Shown here in pieces: positions 29,501-38,529 of a stretch of 64,000 nt of DNA. The notes below the pieces were generated by a model that worked only from the letters and a program-made list of their open reading frames with translations, was not told where the DNA came from and did no database searches. This DNA comes from Planctomycetota bacterium (GTDB taxonomy: Bacteria; Planctomycetota; UBA8108; SXIK01), in contig CBDCXR010000004.1 of the NCBI GenBank assembly GCA_965223845.1, forward strand, positions 1,856,001 through 1,920,000. Reading direction: 5' to 3'. Positions within the stretch are counted from its first letter, which is position 1; every line of letters starts with the position of its first letter. The translations under genes were made by a program, and so were the position numbers.

Positions 29501-31233
29501 CTGTCTTCGAGAAAGAGTACGTCGGTCGACTGCGTCACGTAGGCCCCGCCCTGCGTCGGGAGCACCGAGTGCGGTATCAGCAGCCCGTCGGCGAAGGTCT
29601 TCGAGGTATCCGCGCGCCCGTCGCCGTCGAGGTCTTCGAGAATGATGATGCGGTCGTTCGGCTCCTCTCCCGGCGCGAGGTGCGGGTAGATCGTGCTCGT
29701 TGCCACCCAGGCACGCCCCCGCTCATCCCAGTTCAGATTGATCGGGCTCGCGACCATCGGATCGGAGGCGAAAAGGCTCACCTCGAAGCCATCGGCGACG
29801 AGAAAGCGGTCGAGCTCCGCCGCTATGTCCGGAGGCTGCGCCGCGCCCGGAACTTCGTGATCCGGATAGTCGCGCTCCTTGACGATCTCCCAGAAGCGCG
29901 GGCGAGGACGGCGGAGACTCGAAATCTCGTCCTCCCGCTCACGCACCAGCGACGCGAACTGAGCCTGCTCGCCCTCGTGGTGGCCGCGCTCGTGGCGCCG
30001 AAAGAGGTAGATGTAGGCCTCGTTCTGCGGCCGGAAGAGATAGAAGAAGAGTCGGTTCTTGCGGACTATGGCGCGTCGCAGTTCCTCGACGCGGTCAAGA
30101 TCGGCGCCGCGCTCGATCGAGATTCCCTCGGCCCACGCGTCCGCGCTTCCTCTCGCGATGCGGCGTCCGCCGATGTCGAGGGCGTAGCTTCCGGGCAAGA
30201 GGCCAACCAATCGGAACCTCCGCATCGCGCCGCGGGCGAGACTCGGCAGGCGGTGGTCGAGCACCTGGAAGCGGAGTCCGAACTCGGATTCGCGAAACGC
30301 GCTGATCCCGCACCCCGACGACGTCTCGACGCCGCGTTCACGCGAAATCTCGAGCGACCAGCGTTCACCCGGCAATTGGAGGGAGCTCGACACGACGGAC
30401 GCGAGCGCGCGGTAGCCGAGCTCGTTCAGGTGTATGCCGTTGTCCGTTAGTCGTTCGCGCTCGCCCTCGGAGGCCCCCTGCTTTCGGCGAAGCTCGCCGA
30501 ATACGTCGACGTAGAGATGTCCTCGCTCTTCCGCGATCTCCGACAGGAGCTCTGCGACGCGTTCGAGCCATCGATTCTGGGGCGAAGGATCGGGCCACCC
30601 GTCTCCACGGGACTCCCGCGGCGGCGGGGAGAGGAGCACGACACGCGGCCCTACTGACTCAAGCGCGTCGAGAAGACGCTCGAGCCCGCTCCCGAAGCGC
30701 TCGAATCCGGCGGCACCTCCGAACGCGACGTTCGAACCGTACCCGATGAAGAGCACATCCGGACGCGCTTCCGCGAGCTGCTCGAGCATGCGCTGGAGCC
30801 CGTAGTCGCCGGTCTCCCGGTTCGGAGGTTTCCAGCCCGACCGGCCGTACTCACCCGGCCCGAAACCAATACGCGCCGATCCGGTGATGTCATCGCCCGG
30901 CCAGCCGAGGTTGCGGAATACGATGTCGCGCTCGGGGAAGCGGCGCGTCAGCTCGGTTTCAACATGGCAGAAGTGGCTCTCACGCTCGACGAACGTATTC
31001 CCGAGAAACGCGACCCGCAAGCGTCCGTCGGGTTCTTCGACATAGACCGGGCGAGGACGCGACGGATCACGCGTTCCCTCGAGGCCGGGGATCTTTAGCT
31101 TGCGCCAGTCAGCCGTCGGTTCGAGTGTGCCGAGATCGAGAAGCGGTTCCGCGACACCGGAATCGATGGTCGCAACCGTGAACACCGTGATCGTCGCGAC
31201 GGCAACGCGAGCGCCGCAAAAGAGATTTCGCAT
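26524..31233 (-). CDS. SGNH/GDSL hydrolase-like domain fused to PVC-type heme-binding protein (propeller + HEAT + cytochrome c)
   Basis: AFLGNTFVER, RNLGWPGD, LTDNGIHLN; GFEVSLFASDP..WDERGR; RPVDVKMGPDGAIYVVDWY; CTTCH..GPDLS..SIMPQGL. Confidence 0.92.
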   Translation of the reverse strand: MRNLFCGARVAVATITVFTVATIDSGVAEPLLDLGTLEPTADWRKLKIPGLEGTRDPSRPRPVYVEEPDGRLRVAFLGNTFVERESHFCHVETELTRRFPERDIVFRNLGWPGDDITGSARIGFGPGEYGRSGWKPPNRETGDYGLQRMLEQLAEARPDVLFIGYGSNVAFGGAAGFERFGSGLERLLDALESVGPRVVLLSPPPRESRGDGWPDPSPQNRWLERVAELLSEIAEERGHLYVDVFGELRRKQGASEGERERLTDNGIHLNELGYRALASVVSSSLQLPGERWSLEISRERGVETSSGCGISAFRESEFGLRFQVLDHRLPSLARGAMRRFRLVGLLPGSYALDIGGRRIARGSADAWAEGISIERGADLDRVEELRRAIVRKNRLFFYLFRPQNEAYIYLFRRHERGHHEGEQAQFASLVREREDEISSLRRPRPRFWEIVKERDYPDHEVPGAAQPPDIAAELDRFLVADGFEVSLFASDPMVASPINLNWDERGRAWVATSTIYPHLAPGEEPNDRIIILEDLDGDGRADTSKTFADGLLIPHSVLPTQGGAYVTQSTDVLFLEDSDGDDRADRRHVLFTGFGNADVHHMIHGLRWGPGGDLYFTQSIYINSWVETPWGVRQLNGSGTWRLRPEILRLEIHSRGLVNPWGHAFDRWGQSFSTDGAGGGGPGHTFAGSAYRTAKGAHRTLETLNRGRPKECGLEILSGRHLPESWRGNLVTGDFRANRVVRYELSDSGSGYSSKFHGDVLASTHRSYRPVDVKMGPDGAIYVVDWYSPIIDHGEVDFHHPLRDDRHGRIWRLTAKGRDLVKPPRLAGANTRELLDALAEPEGWTRDQARRLLRERGVDNVVPALRTWLAEVEGKLGDDDRSLFEHLEMEALWVLQGLRAADEQLLERVASASDPRVRAAAYPVISDWNAKLDGFETMLAAGVADESPRVRLAAVTAAREIGGPLGANLALAALDRPRDRSLDYAIWLAARELESTWLPMLVAGRPIFGGKPNRVAFALSAVGKEASLRPLVDFVRAGKIEGRERRDALELIGSLGAPDDLALVLETALEQAKTNAGGSAGLLEALSRGARRGRPAPPNANRVVDALATANVRLLEAATRLVGDWKISEALTELRRVVRDPDATTPTRHSAAISLARIGGEGPETLAALSANAGESSVARVPATAALATIDPRRAAAVATDLLVGARRADDVELLFDAFVGQSGADAHLTSALKDAKLTTEVAAAGIRVALSTGRDMKQLVEELTRAGDLSPITAMPPPAELAALLRDIGEKGDPVRGETTYLRDELRCTTCHAIGGAGGRVGPDLSSLGGSSQVVHILEALLDPSAKIKEGYEPVVVVEETGAIHSGTILRRGGEGVTLRDTKDRLIEIPASSVLSVDAADTSIMPQGLTQTLRRDELVDLTRFLSELGRPGPYTLPTARFVRTWSVLEAAPASLEAAASIAAISSRADTLKWKSQFSLVDGSLPTAGLTPVTAGGPRVLRFEVNAERATTIEIEIPGVPANGAELWVNGQRAGIVGAGTANLEKGVHDCFLLLRVPTTTVRVKLRDR

Positions 31234-31509
31234 CGAGAGACTCCAAGGGTATCAACCGCGTCGAGCGGGAACGATTGGAGACTATCCGACATGAAGCGAG
31301 TTTCGAAGGAGAGATCGGTAGGCGGCGTTCGCTCGAGTCTCGCGTCTCGCAGAAGAAGTCGCAAAAACACGCTGAGAGCGCTCTGGAGAAAGCGAAGACG
31401 GGCGGAAGAGTTCGTTCAAGATCGAGGCCCCAGCCGCGATCGTCAAGCCTCGGATCAACCGCTGAGTTGCGGTGCCGGACGAACCGTGCGAGGCTGCAGC
31501 GCGGTGCCG

Positions 31510-33423
31510 TTACTCCTCGCCGAGCACAAGGGATTTAGCCGCGGCCGTCTCGCCTTCGAGCGCTACGCGTTCGAAGTAGGCGACGAGCTCCTCTTCGCTG
31601 AGCTCGGCAAAGGCCCGTTCGGTTCGCTGAGCGATCGCCTTCGCCTCTGCCTTCAGTTGCTCGATGCGCGCGAGACGGTCTTCGATGTGGGGGAGGCGCT
31701 CTTGGTCGCCGCGATCGGCGAGGAGAACTCGTTCCCTTTCGAGCGCCCGCGCTTCGATGGACAGGCCGACCACGTCTTGGACGAGAAACCGACCGGTGGC
31801 GGACAGTTTCATACCGATCCGACTCAGCGCTTGCACTAGGTCGAGCGTCGCGTCCACTCCGTGAGTTTGAAGCCGCCTCTCGACCTCCTCTGCGGCGTGC
31901 TCGCTGAGCCGCCGCAGGGGCTGCAAGTAGTCGAGACGGAGCCCCATCGCGGCGAGCACCTTACCGACACTCTCCGATCCCGTGGCGTCGCGGTAAAAGT
32001 CCTCGAACGCCGGCAAGTGGTGAATCGCGTAGTCCTTCAGATGGCTCGTCACACCCGCGGCTCGCAGCGCGTCGCGGGCGTCGGTGGAGTTGCCGTTCTC
32101 GAAGTGCCAGAGCGCCTCGTAGTAGCGACCGAGTGAATTCGCGGGATCCGATTGAACGAACTCGTCGAGGAGCTCTTTGGTGTTTTGGTCGAATCGGCCT
32201 TCTCGGATGAGAAGGTCGGCGGCGCGGAGAAGCGCAGCCGGGGAAGTGGGGTCCTTCTCGAGTGCCTCTTCGAGGTAGGCGAGCGCGAGCGTCGGATCTG
32301 CGGCCAGCAGCGACGCCGCGATCAGGTACGACGTTTCGCGCCCGTGCGAGGCGAGCGTTTCCTCGATCTGCTCCGGCGTGGGGATGTCGGCGAGGCGATC
32401 CAGCTCGTTGTTGATCAGAAGCTCTCGAAGATCGGCGAAAGAGAGCGCGGGCCCAGACAGTTCCCCGGAAGGCGAGGAATGCGGAGTGGACGCGACCTCG
32501 CCGTCGACATGCGGCGCCTCCCGGGCGGCGGCCGCAGCCCGCGCCGATGCCAGCTCCGCTTCGGCTCGGCGAAGCCGAGCTTCCAGGTCCGCTCGTCGAG
32601 ACTCGAGCGCTCGGTGAACCGACCCCGCGACGACGTCTTCCGGGGCGCTTTCCTCGGTTCGATTTGCCGAAGTACGACCGACTCCGAATCCGAGCGCCAT
32701 CCCTGCGACGACGACGGTGCCTGCGGTCACGAGCTTTCCTGCCATTGCGATTCCTCCGGTGGTGAGAGTCCCCACGGACGCGAGGTTCGACACTCCTTCG
32801 CCGACGGTGGCGACAGACGATCCCGTCAGTCCGCTGAACGCGGTCGGTGGTGTCCATGCGGCGTCGGCGAACGGAACCGCAACACCGACCCAGCCGTCTC
32901 GCCCGCGAGAGTAAGACGCATCGAGGGCCGAACGCAGACGCTCGTGAGCGCCGCCCAGCCTGCGCCGCACCGTCGACGGGTCCACAGCGAGTCTTCGCGC
33001 GATGAGGGGGACCGTGTGACCTTTGTAGTAGCGAAGAAGGATGACGGTTCGGTACGGCTCGGGGAGCTCTGCAACGTGTGCGGTCAATTGCTTCAGGAGC
33101 TCGCCTTCCTCGGCGGCCGATTCCGCTGCCGCGTCGATGCGCTCGGCCTGAGCGACTCGCTTCTCGCGGGCGCGGCGCCGAGTCTGGTCCCGGTGCGCGC
33201 GGCGTGCAATGTTTCGAAGTACGGTCCGGAGCCAGTGGATAGTTTGGGCACCGAGGCGCGGTGGGGCAGCGATGGCTCTGACCCAGGTTTCCTGTAGGAG
33301 ATCGTCCGCGCCCGTTTCGTCGGCAGCGAGCGCGAGAGCCAGTCGGCGCAAGTGGCTGGCGTGCCGGAGCAGATCTTCGGGCGAGGCGATCCGCGGAGGG
33401 TACAGTTCGTTCGACGAGTCCAT
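31510..33423 (-). CDS. ECF sigma-70 factor fused via TM helix to a TPR-like extracytoplasmic domain (planctomycete membrane-anchored ECF)
   Basis: Sigma2: ADDLLQETWVRA..WLRTVLRN. Sigma4: LPEPYRTVILLRYY..IARRL..STVRRRL. TM segment LVTAGTVVVAGMALGFGVG. Start moved to ATG 33423 (MDSSN). Confidence 0.9.
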   Translation of the reverse strand: MDSSNELYPPRIASPEDLLRHASHLRRLALALAADETGADDLLQETWVRAIAAPPRLGAQTIHWLRTVLRNIARRAHRDQTRRRAREKRVAQAERIDAAAESAAEEGELLKQLTAHVAELPEPYRTVILLRYYKGHTVPLIARRLAVDPSTVRRRLGGAHERLRSALDASYSRGRDGWVGVAVPFADAAWTPPTAFSGLTGSSVATVGEGVSNLASVGTLTTGGIAMAGKLVTAGTVVVAGMALGFGVGRTSANRTEESAPEDVVAGSVHRALESRRADLEARLRRAEAELASARAAAAAREAPHVDGEVASTPHSSPSGELSGPALSFADLRELLINNELDRLADIPTPEQIEETLASHGRETSYLIAASLLAADPTLALAYLEEALEKDPTSPAALLRAADLLIREGRFDQNTKELLDEFVQSDPANSLGRYYEALWHFENGNSTDARDALRAAGVTSHLKDYAIHHLPAFEDFYRDATGSESVGKVLAAMGLRLDYLQPLRRLSEHAAEEVERRLQTHGVDATLDLVQALSRIGMKLSATGRFLVQDVVGLSIEARALERERVLLADRGDQERLPHIEDRLARIEQLKAEAKAIAQRTERAFAELSEEELVAYFERVALEGETAAAKSLVLGEE

Positions 33424-33958
33424 GAGTGTTCGTTCTCTCTGCTTTCTCTCCAATATCCCGTCGCGGTCACATCCGTGCGTGGATTCTCGCGTTTCCGCTG
33501 AAATGAAGGGACGAGCACCTCTCGCATTCGGGGCGAGATTCGGCGACTCCTCTTCGCGCTCGCGAAAGCGCCCGCTTACTCCCGCGTCTCCCTTCCCCTC
33601 GGGATTTCCGTTCGGTGCTTGCGCCGAGCGGGGAGCGCGGACGGAAGTGCGGCTAACTCACAGCGGGCTCTCGGAGAAGTCGAACGAGAACGTCCCCGGG
33701 GCTGGGAGGAAGCGTTCGAACACTCCGCCGAGCTTCTACCGACCGAGACCCGGAAGGAAGAGGATCGTGAACGAGCTCGTCGTCGTCGCACGGGTCCGTG
33801 CTCAACCCGTTTTCGCTCGGCTGACTCCGAGGGCTAGCGCTCCGTGCTCCGCTTCACGATGTCCGCCGCACGTATCCCGCGGGACACGGTCACCGCGCCT
33901 CCAGCGGAGTGCGTCGCAGTGCCCAGTCCGGGTGCGATCACCGCTCCGCGCGAAGCAA

Positions 33959-35419
33959 TCAGAGCAAGATTCCCCGGACGACGCGAGCCTCGCGACCTGC
34001 CGTGATCACATGTTTCTGGCCGCCGTGCTCGAAAACGAGCTCGCGGTGATCGAGTCCGAAGAGGTGGAGCAAGGTCGCCTGGTAGTCGTTCGGCGTCACG
34101 CGATCGACGACCGCACGATGGCCGACGTCGTCGGTCTCTCCGTACGTGATTCCGCCGCGAATCCCACCGCCCGCCAGCCAAATCGTGAAGCCTTGACCGT
34201 TGTGATCGCGGCCGTCCCTCTTCGCCTCGCCGTGGTTCTCCGTAACCGGGAGACGTCCGATTTCGCCGCCCCAATGGACGATCGTCGTATCGAGAAGCCC
34301 TCGCTGCTCCAAGTCGATGACGAGTGCGGCCGAGGGCTGATCGGTCTTCGCACAGATCGCGGGGAGACTCGTCCGAATGCTGCCGTGATTGTCCCAGGGC
34401 TGGCCGCTGTGAAAGAGCTGGACGAAACGAACGCCGCGCTCGATGAGCCGCCGCGCGATCAAGCAGCGCGTGCCGTAGTCGCGCGTTGTCGGTCGGTCGA
34501 TACCGTACAGTCTCTTCGTCGCTTCGCTCTCGCTCGAGATGTCGAGCGCTTCGCGAGCCGACGTCTGCATGGCGGCCGCGAGCTCATAGCTAGCGATGCG
34601 CGCCTCGAGATCGGCTTCGGCGGGAAACGCACGGGCATGACGTTCGTTCAGCTCCCGCAGAAAATCGAGGTTGAGTCGCTGGATCGAACCGCGCAGGTGA
34701 GACGGTGCGTCGAGATTGGCGATGCGCGGTTCTTTGGGCCGTAAGACCGTACCCTGGTAGAGCGACGGCAAAAAGCCGTTGGACCAGTTCTGAACCCCGT
34801 CGACCGGATGCCCGCCGGGATCGCTCAGCACCATGTACGCGGGGAGCGATTGCGATTCGGCCCCCAAGCCGTAGGTGAGCCAGGAGCCGAAGTGCGGGCG
34901 ACCGAGGATGCCGGGGATTCCGCCGTGAAAATACCGAATCGATACCTCGTGGCCGTTCGCCCCCGTATGCATCGAGCGAAGAACGGCGATCTTGTCGACG
35001 ATCTTCGCGGTGTGGGGGAGAAGCTCCGAGACCGGCGTGCCGCACTCGCCGTGCCGCGAAAAGGTCCACGGACTCCCGAAGAGACGCTTGCTGGCACGGT
35101 TGATGAAACTGAACTTTACGTCGCCCGTGTACTCCGTTCCGTCGAGCCGCGAGAGCGTCGGCTTGGGGTCGAAGAGATCGATGTGCGACGGTCCGCCATG
35201 CTGGAAGAGCGAAATCATCGCGGTCGCCCGCGCGGGAGTACTCGGCGTTTTCGGATCGACATCGAAACGCCTAGCCTCCTGGAAGGTTTCGCGAGCGTGC
35301 GAACGATCCTTTGCAAGGAGCCATGCGAGCGCAACGGAACCGATGCCCATCGCGTTGCACTCCAAGAACCTCCGGCGGGAGCCGACGAGACAGGATTCGT
35401 TCGTGGATGAAGCGACCAT
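33959..35419 (-). CDS. DUF1501 domain protein (Tat-exported)
   Basis: SRRRFL Tat-like motif, GGPSHIDLFDPKP, CLIARRLIERGVRFVQL, WDNH, GRDHN. Start at ATG 35419, 5 nt after the upstream stop. Confidence 0.93.
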   Translation of the reverse strand: MVASSTNESCLVGSRRRFLECNAMGIGSVALAWLLAKDRSHARETFQEARRFDVDPKTPSTPARATAMISLFQHGGPSHIDLFDPKPTLSRLDGTEYTGDVKFSFINRASKRLFGSPWTFSRHGECGTPVSELLPHTAKIVDKIAVLRSMHTGANGHEVSIRYFHGGIPGILGRPHFGSWLTYGLGAESQSLPAYMVLSDPGGHPVDGVQNWSNGFLPSLYQGTVLRPKEPRIANLDAPSHLRGSIQRLNLDFLRELNERHARAFPAEADLEARIASYELAAAMQTSAREALDISSESEATKRLYGIDRPTTRDYGTRCLIARRLIERGVRFVQLFHSGQPWDNHGSIRTSLPAICAKTDQPSAALVIDLEQRGLLDTTIVHWGGEIGRLPVTENHGEAKRDGRDHNGQGFTIWLAGGGIRGGITYGETDDVGHRAVVDRVTPNDYQATLLHLFGLDHRELVFEHGGQKHVITAGREARVVRGILL

Positions 35420-35424
35420 CTGTG

Positions 35425-38400
35425 CTACTCGACGTAGAGGAACTCGTTGGAAGAGAGAAGCATGTGCGCGAGGTTGGCGAGGGCCTGTGAGTGGCGGCTC
35501 CTCTCCTTCGGGACTCGGGTCGGATCTTCGGCCATCAACGCGAGTTGAGACGACACGAACTGCACGGCCGAATCCAGCTCTTCGCGGGTGGCCACGCGTC
35601 CGTAGATTCGGCGCCACGTCGCAGCGATCCGCGCGGGAATGGACGGAATCGCTCCTGCCGGAGGCCCGAAGTCGACCGCCGAACGCCACACGTCGTCTCC
35701 CGAGCCGTCGACGTATCGCACCTCAACCGTCCAGATGAAGTTGTCGGAACCATCTCGGCCGCGGGCGTCGACGACGAAATCCATCGTGTCGCCGGGCTGA
35801 ACGGAGATGTTCTCAACCTGCGTCTCAATGGTGCTGTTGTGCGAGAGCCACTCGCCGTGGACGCGCGCCTTGTGCACGACCCGCGCACGGATGCCGTTTC
35901 CGGGGGCATTGGGGTGCGTGAGGGTTCCCGCAGCTGCGATGGTTCCCGCGCGCGGTGCGATCCACCGGCGGACCACGGCATAGCGGTTCGAGGGGTGTCC
36001 CCCTCTAGCGTGGAGTACCGCCCAGCCGATCGCCGGATCCGGCACTCGCGGGCCTCCTTGCGCTTGCGCGTCGTCGTTCCAGTACGGGAACGGGCGGAAT
36101 GACTTCACACCGGTCGTTTCGGACGGCACGCCGTAGCCGTACGCCCACGCCGAACTCGACGGCGGGCGGTCGGCGAATTCGATCCCATCGATCTCGGCGA
36201 AGGCGTCCTTGCCGCGCTGCACGACCTCGGCCCGAACTCTCTTCTCGAGCTCCCCGGCTTGGGCAGCGAGGAATTCGCCGTTCAGTAGGAGTAAGGACTG
36301 GGTCGCGACCGTCGATGAACTTCGCTCGACGCAATTCGTCTCCATGACGGGCGCATCGAAGGCGCGCAAGAACGACGACGGGCGCGAGCGACGCGACTGC
36401 CCGTAGATGCTTCGACGAGGCGTTCGCAGGTGAAATTGGCCGGCGGCGTCTCCAGCGACTTCGACGGGAGCTCCGTAGAGTCGGCGATCGAGAGCTCCGC
36501 TCGCGGCGAGAACTCGATCGCGAAGCGCCTCGGCGTCGAGGCGTCGAATCGACTGTCTCGAGTACCAACGATTCTCGGGGTCGCTCGCGACGTGACCCGC
36601 GCTCGGTCGCGATGATTGCCGATACACCGACGAGGTCACGATTTCGCGGATGAACTGCTTGAGGCTCCAGCCGCCGCTTCGCAGCGAGTGCGCGATCTCG
36701 TCGAGAAGCTCGGGATGCGTCGGACGCGCACCGAGCCGCCCAAAATCTCCGGGCGTCGCGACGATGCCGCGACCGAAGAGGTGGTTCCAGACGCGATTCG
36801 CGATCACGCGAGCGGTGAGCGGATTGGCGTCCGACGTGATCCAGCGCGCGAAAGCGACCCGTCGTCCCGACGACGGGAACGATGCATCGTCGAGCGGAAT
36901 GCTTCGATCGTCGTTCACGGACACAAGGACGCGAGGAATCGCAGGGCGGACGATCTCCTGTGGTTGGCGATAGTCGCCGCGGTGGAGACGGTGGGTCGCC
37001 GGTAGGTGTTGCGCCGGCTCGACGAGTGCGCGGACGAACCGCTCGGCGGGTTTCGTCTCGCGGAGCTTCTTGATGCGGGCGTCGTACTTCTTCAGCTCGT
37101 TCGCCGCAGACGGGTTGTACTGGTAGATCACGCCGGGGTGGATGTTGAGTTGCGGCTGACTCGCGACGATCGCCTTTTGCTCGGCACTTCGCTGCTCGGC
37201 CGGTGTCTCGAACGCGGCGCGAATTTTCTCGCGCGATGCGGGGGCGAGCTTCTCGATCTCCTTGTCGAAGACTGCCTTCAGGTATTCGGCTTGCTTCTTC
37301 GATCGCTCCGCGGTGATCTTCTGCGCTTCGGATTCGATCGCGGCCGACTGTTCACGTTCGGCCTCAGTGAGCAGCGAGACGCGTCGCGCGTCGGGGATTT
37401 TCCAAGTTTTCGCGTCGAGTGCGGGATCGAAGACGGCGCGCAGGGCGAAGTAATCGGAGTGAGAGATCGGATCGTAGCGGTGGTCGTGGCACTGCGCACA
37501 CGCGACGCTCATCCCCAAAAGCGAACTTCCAACGATGCCAAGCGTATCGGCGATCACCCGCTCGCGCGTCGCGGCGTCGTTCGCTCCGGATCCCGTCGGG
37601 TCCGCCGCCATGCGAAGAAAGCCCGTGGCGGTCAGCAAATCGACCTGCTCCGGCGTCCAATCCCCGTCCTTCGTTCCCGCCAACTCGTCACCTGCGAGTT
37701 GCTCGAGAACGAAGCGATCGAGGGGCTTGTCGTCGTTGAGTGCACGCACCACCCAATCGCGATAACGATACGCCCACGGGCGGGACGCGTCGTTGGGCGA
37801 GCCGCCCTCGGAGTCTGCATAGCCCGCGATGTCGAGCCAGCGGCGGGCCCAACGCTCCCCGAAATGCGGGGAGTTCAGCAGCCGATCGACCGCGCGTTCG
37901 TACGCGCCTTCTTCTCGGTCGTCGGTAAAAGAGCGGATCTCGTCGAACGTCGGCGGCAAGCCGATGAGGTCGAACGACAAGCGAGTCAAAAGCACGCGGC
38001 GATCGGCCTCGGGCGCGAATGAGACGTTCGCCGGCATGGCGTGACGAATCCAGGCGTCGATCGCGGATCGGGTTTCGGTCGACGGGCCCGGCGCGGGGCT
38101 CCGCTCGATCGGACGAAACGACCAGAACGCTCGTTCCTCCTCGGACACCCCGACACCCGGACCGATCGCTTCCGGCTCGGGTCGAGCCGTCTTCGCGCCG
38201 GCGTTGATCCAGCGCTCGAGGATGGCGATCTCCTCCGCCGAGACCTTCGCGTCGCCCGGCGGCATCTCTCCGCGGCGGATGCGGCCGAGGAGCCGGCTTC
38301 GCGTTGCATCGCCCGGAACGATCGCCGGACCTTGCTCCCCTCCGCGCCGGAGGAATCGGACGAGGCGGAGATCCAGTCCGCCCTTGAGTTCCTCGGTCGC

Positions 38401-38529
38401 GCCGTGGCAGTCGAAGCAGTGGGCGCGGAAGATCGGGCGGACGTCGCGCTCGAACGTGAGCGCTTCGCTCGCCCCGATGGGAGAGGCAAGAGCGATGGAG
38501 AAGGAGAGGGTGATGATCGAAAGTCGCAT
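35425..38529 (-). CDS. Planctomycete cytochrome c (PSCyt1) + DUF1549 + DUF1553 (PSD1) protein
   Basis: FERDVRPIF..HCFDCHG..GGLDL, SPHFGERWARRWLD, CAQCHDHRYDPI, NPLTARVIANRVW, PTHPELLD, RRLDAEALRD, SSNEFLYVE. The alternative start 38676 has a strong SD. Confidence 0.95.
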   Translation of the reverse strand: MRLSIITLSFSIALASPIGASEALTFERDVRPIFRAHCFDCHGATEELKGGLDLRLVRFLRRGGEQGPAIVPGDATRSRLLGRIRRGEMPPGDAKVSAEEIAILERWINAGAKTARPEPEAIGPGVGVSEEERAFWSFRPIERSPAPGPSTETRSAIDAWIRHAMPANVSFAPEADRRVLLTRLSFDLIGLPPTFDEIRSFTDDREEGAYERAVDRLLNSPHFGERWARRWLDIAGYADSEGGSPNDASRPWAYRYRDWVVRALNDDKPLDRFVLEQLAGDELAGTKDGDWTPEQVDLLTATGFLRMAADPTGSGANDAATRERVIADTLGIVGSSLLGMSVACAQCHDHRYDPISHSDYFALRAVFDPALDAKTWKIPDARRVSLLTEAEREQSAAIESEAQKITAERSKKQAEYLKAVFDKEIEKLAPASREKIRAAFETPAEQRSAEQKAIVASQPQLNIHPGVIYQYNPSAANELKKYDARIKKLRETKPAERFVRALVEPAQHLPATHRLHRGDYRQPQEIVRPAIPRVLVSVNDDRSIPLDDASFPSSGRRVAFARWITSDANPLTARVIANRVWNHLFGRGIVATPGDFGRLGARPTHPELLDEIAHSLRSGGWSLKQFIREIVTSSVYRQSSRPSAGHVASDPENRWYSRQSIRRLDAEALRDRVLAASGALDRRLYGAPVEVAGDAAGQFHLRTPRRSIYGQSRRSRPSSFLRAFDAPVMETNCVERSSSTVATQSLLLLNGEFLAAQAGELEKRVRAEVVQRGKDAFAEIDGIEFADRPPSSSAWAYGYGVPSETTGVKSFRPFPYWNDDAQAQGGPRVPDPAIGWAVLHARGGHPSNRYAVVRRWIAPRAGTIAAAGTLTHPNAPGNGIRARVVHKARVHGEWLSHNSTIETQVENISVQPGDTMDFVVDARGRDGSDNFIWTVEVRYVDGSGDDVWRSAVDFGPPAGAIPSIPARIAATWRRIYGRVATREELDSAVQFVSSQLALMAEDPTRVPKERSRHSQALANLAHMLLSSNEFLYVE

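Noticed and set aside
33454-33958. 500-bp intergenic region with GC hairpins, considered as riboswitch or ncRNA
   Set aside because: No recognisable conserved riboswitch or ncRNA motif; an Rfam/Infernal search is needed.
35420-35689. N-terminal extension of the DUF1501 ORF
   Set aside because: It overlaps the PSD1 gene; the Tat motif fits a start at 35419.
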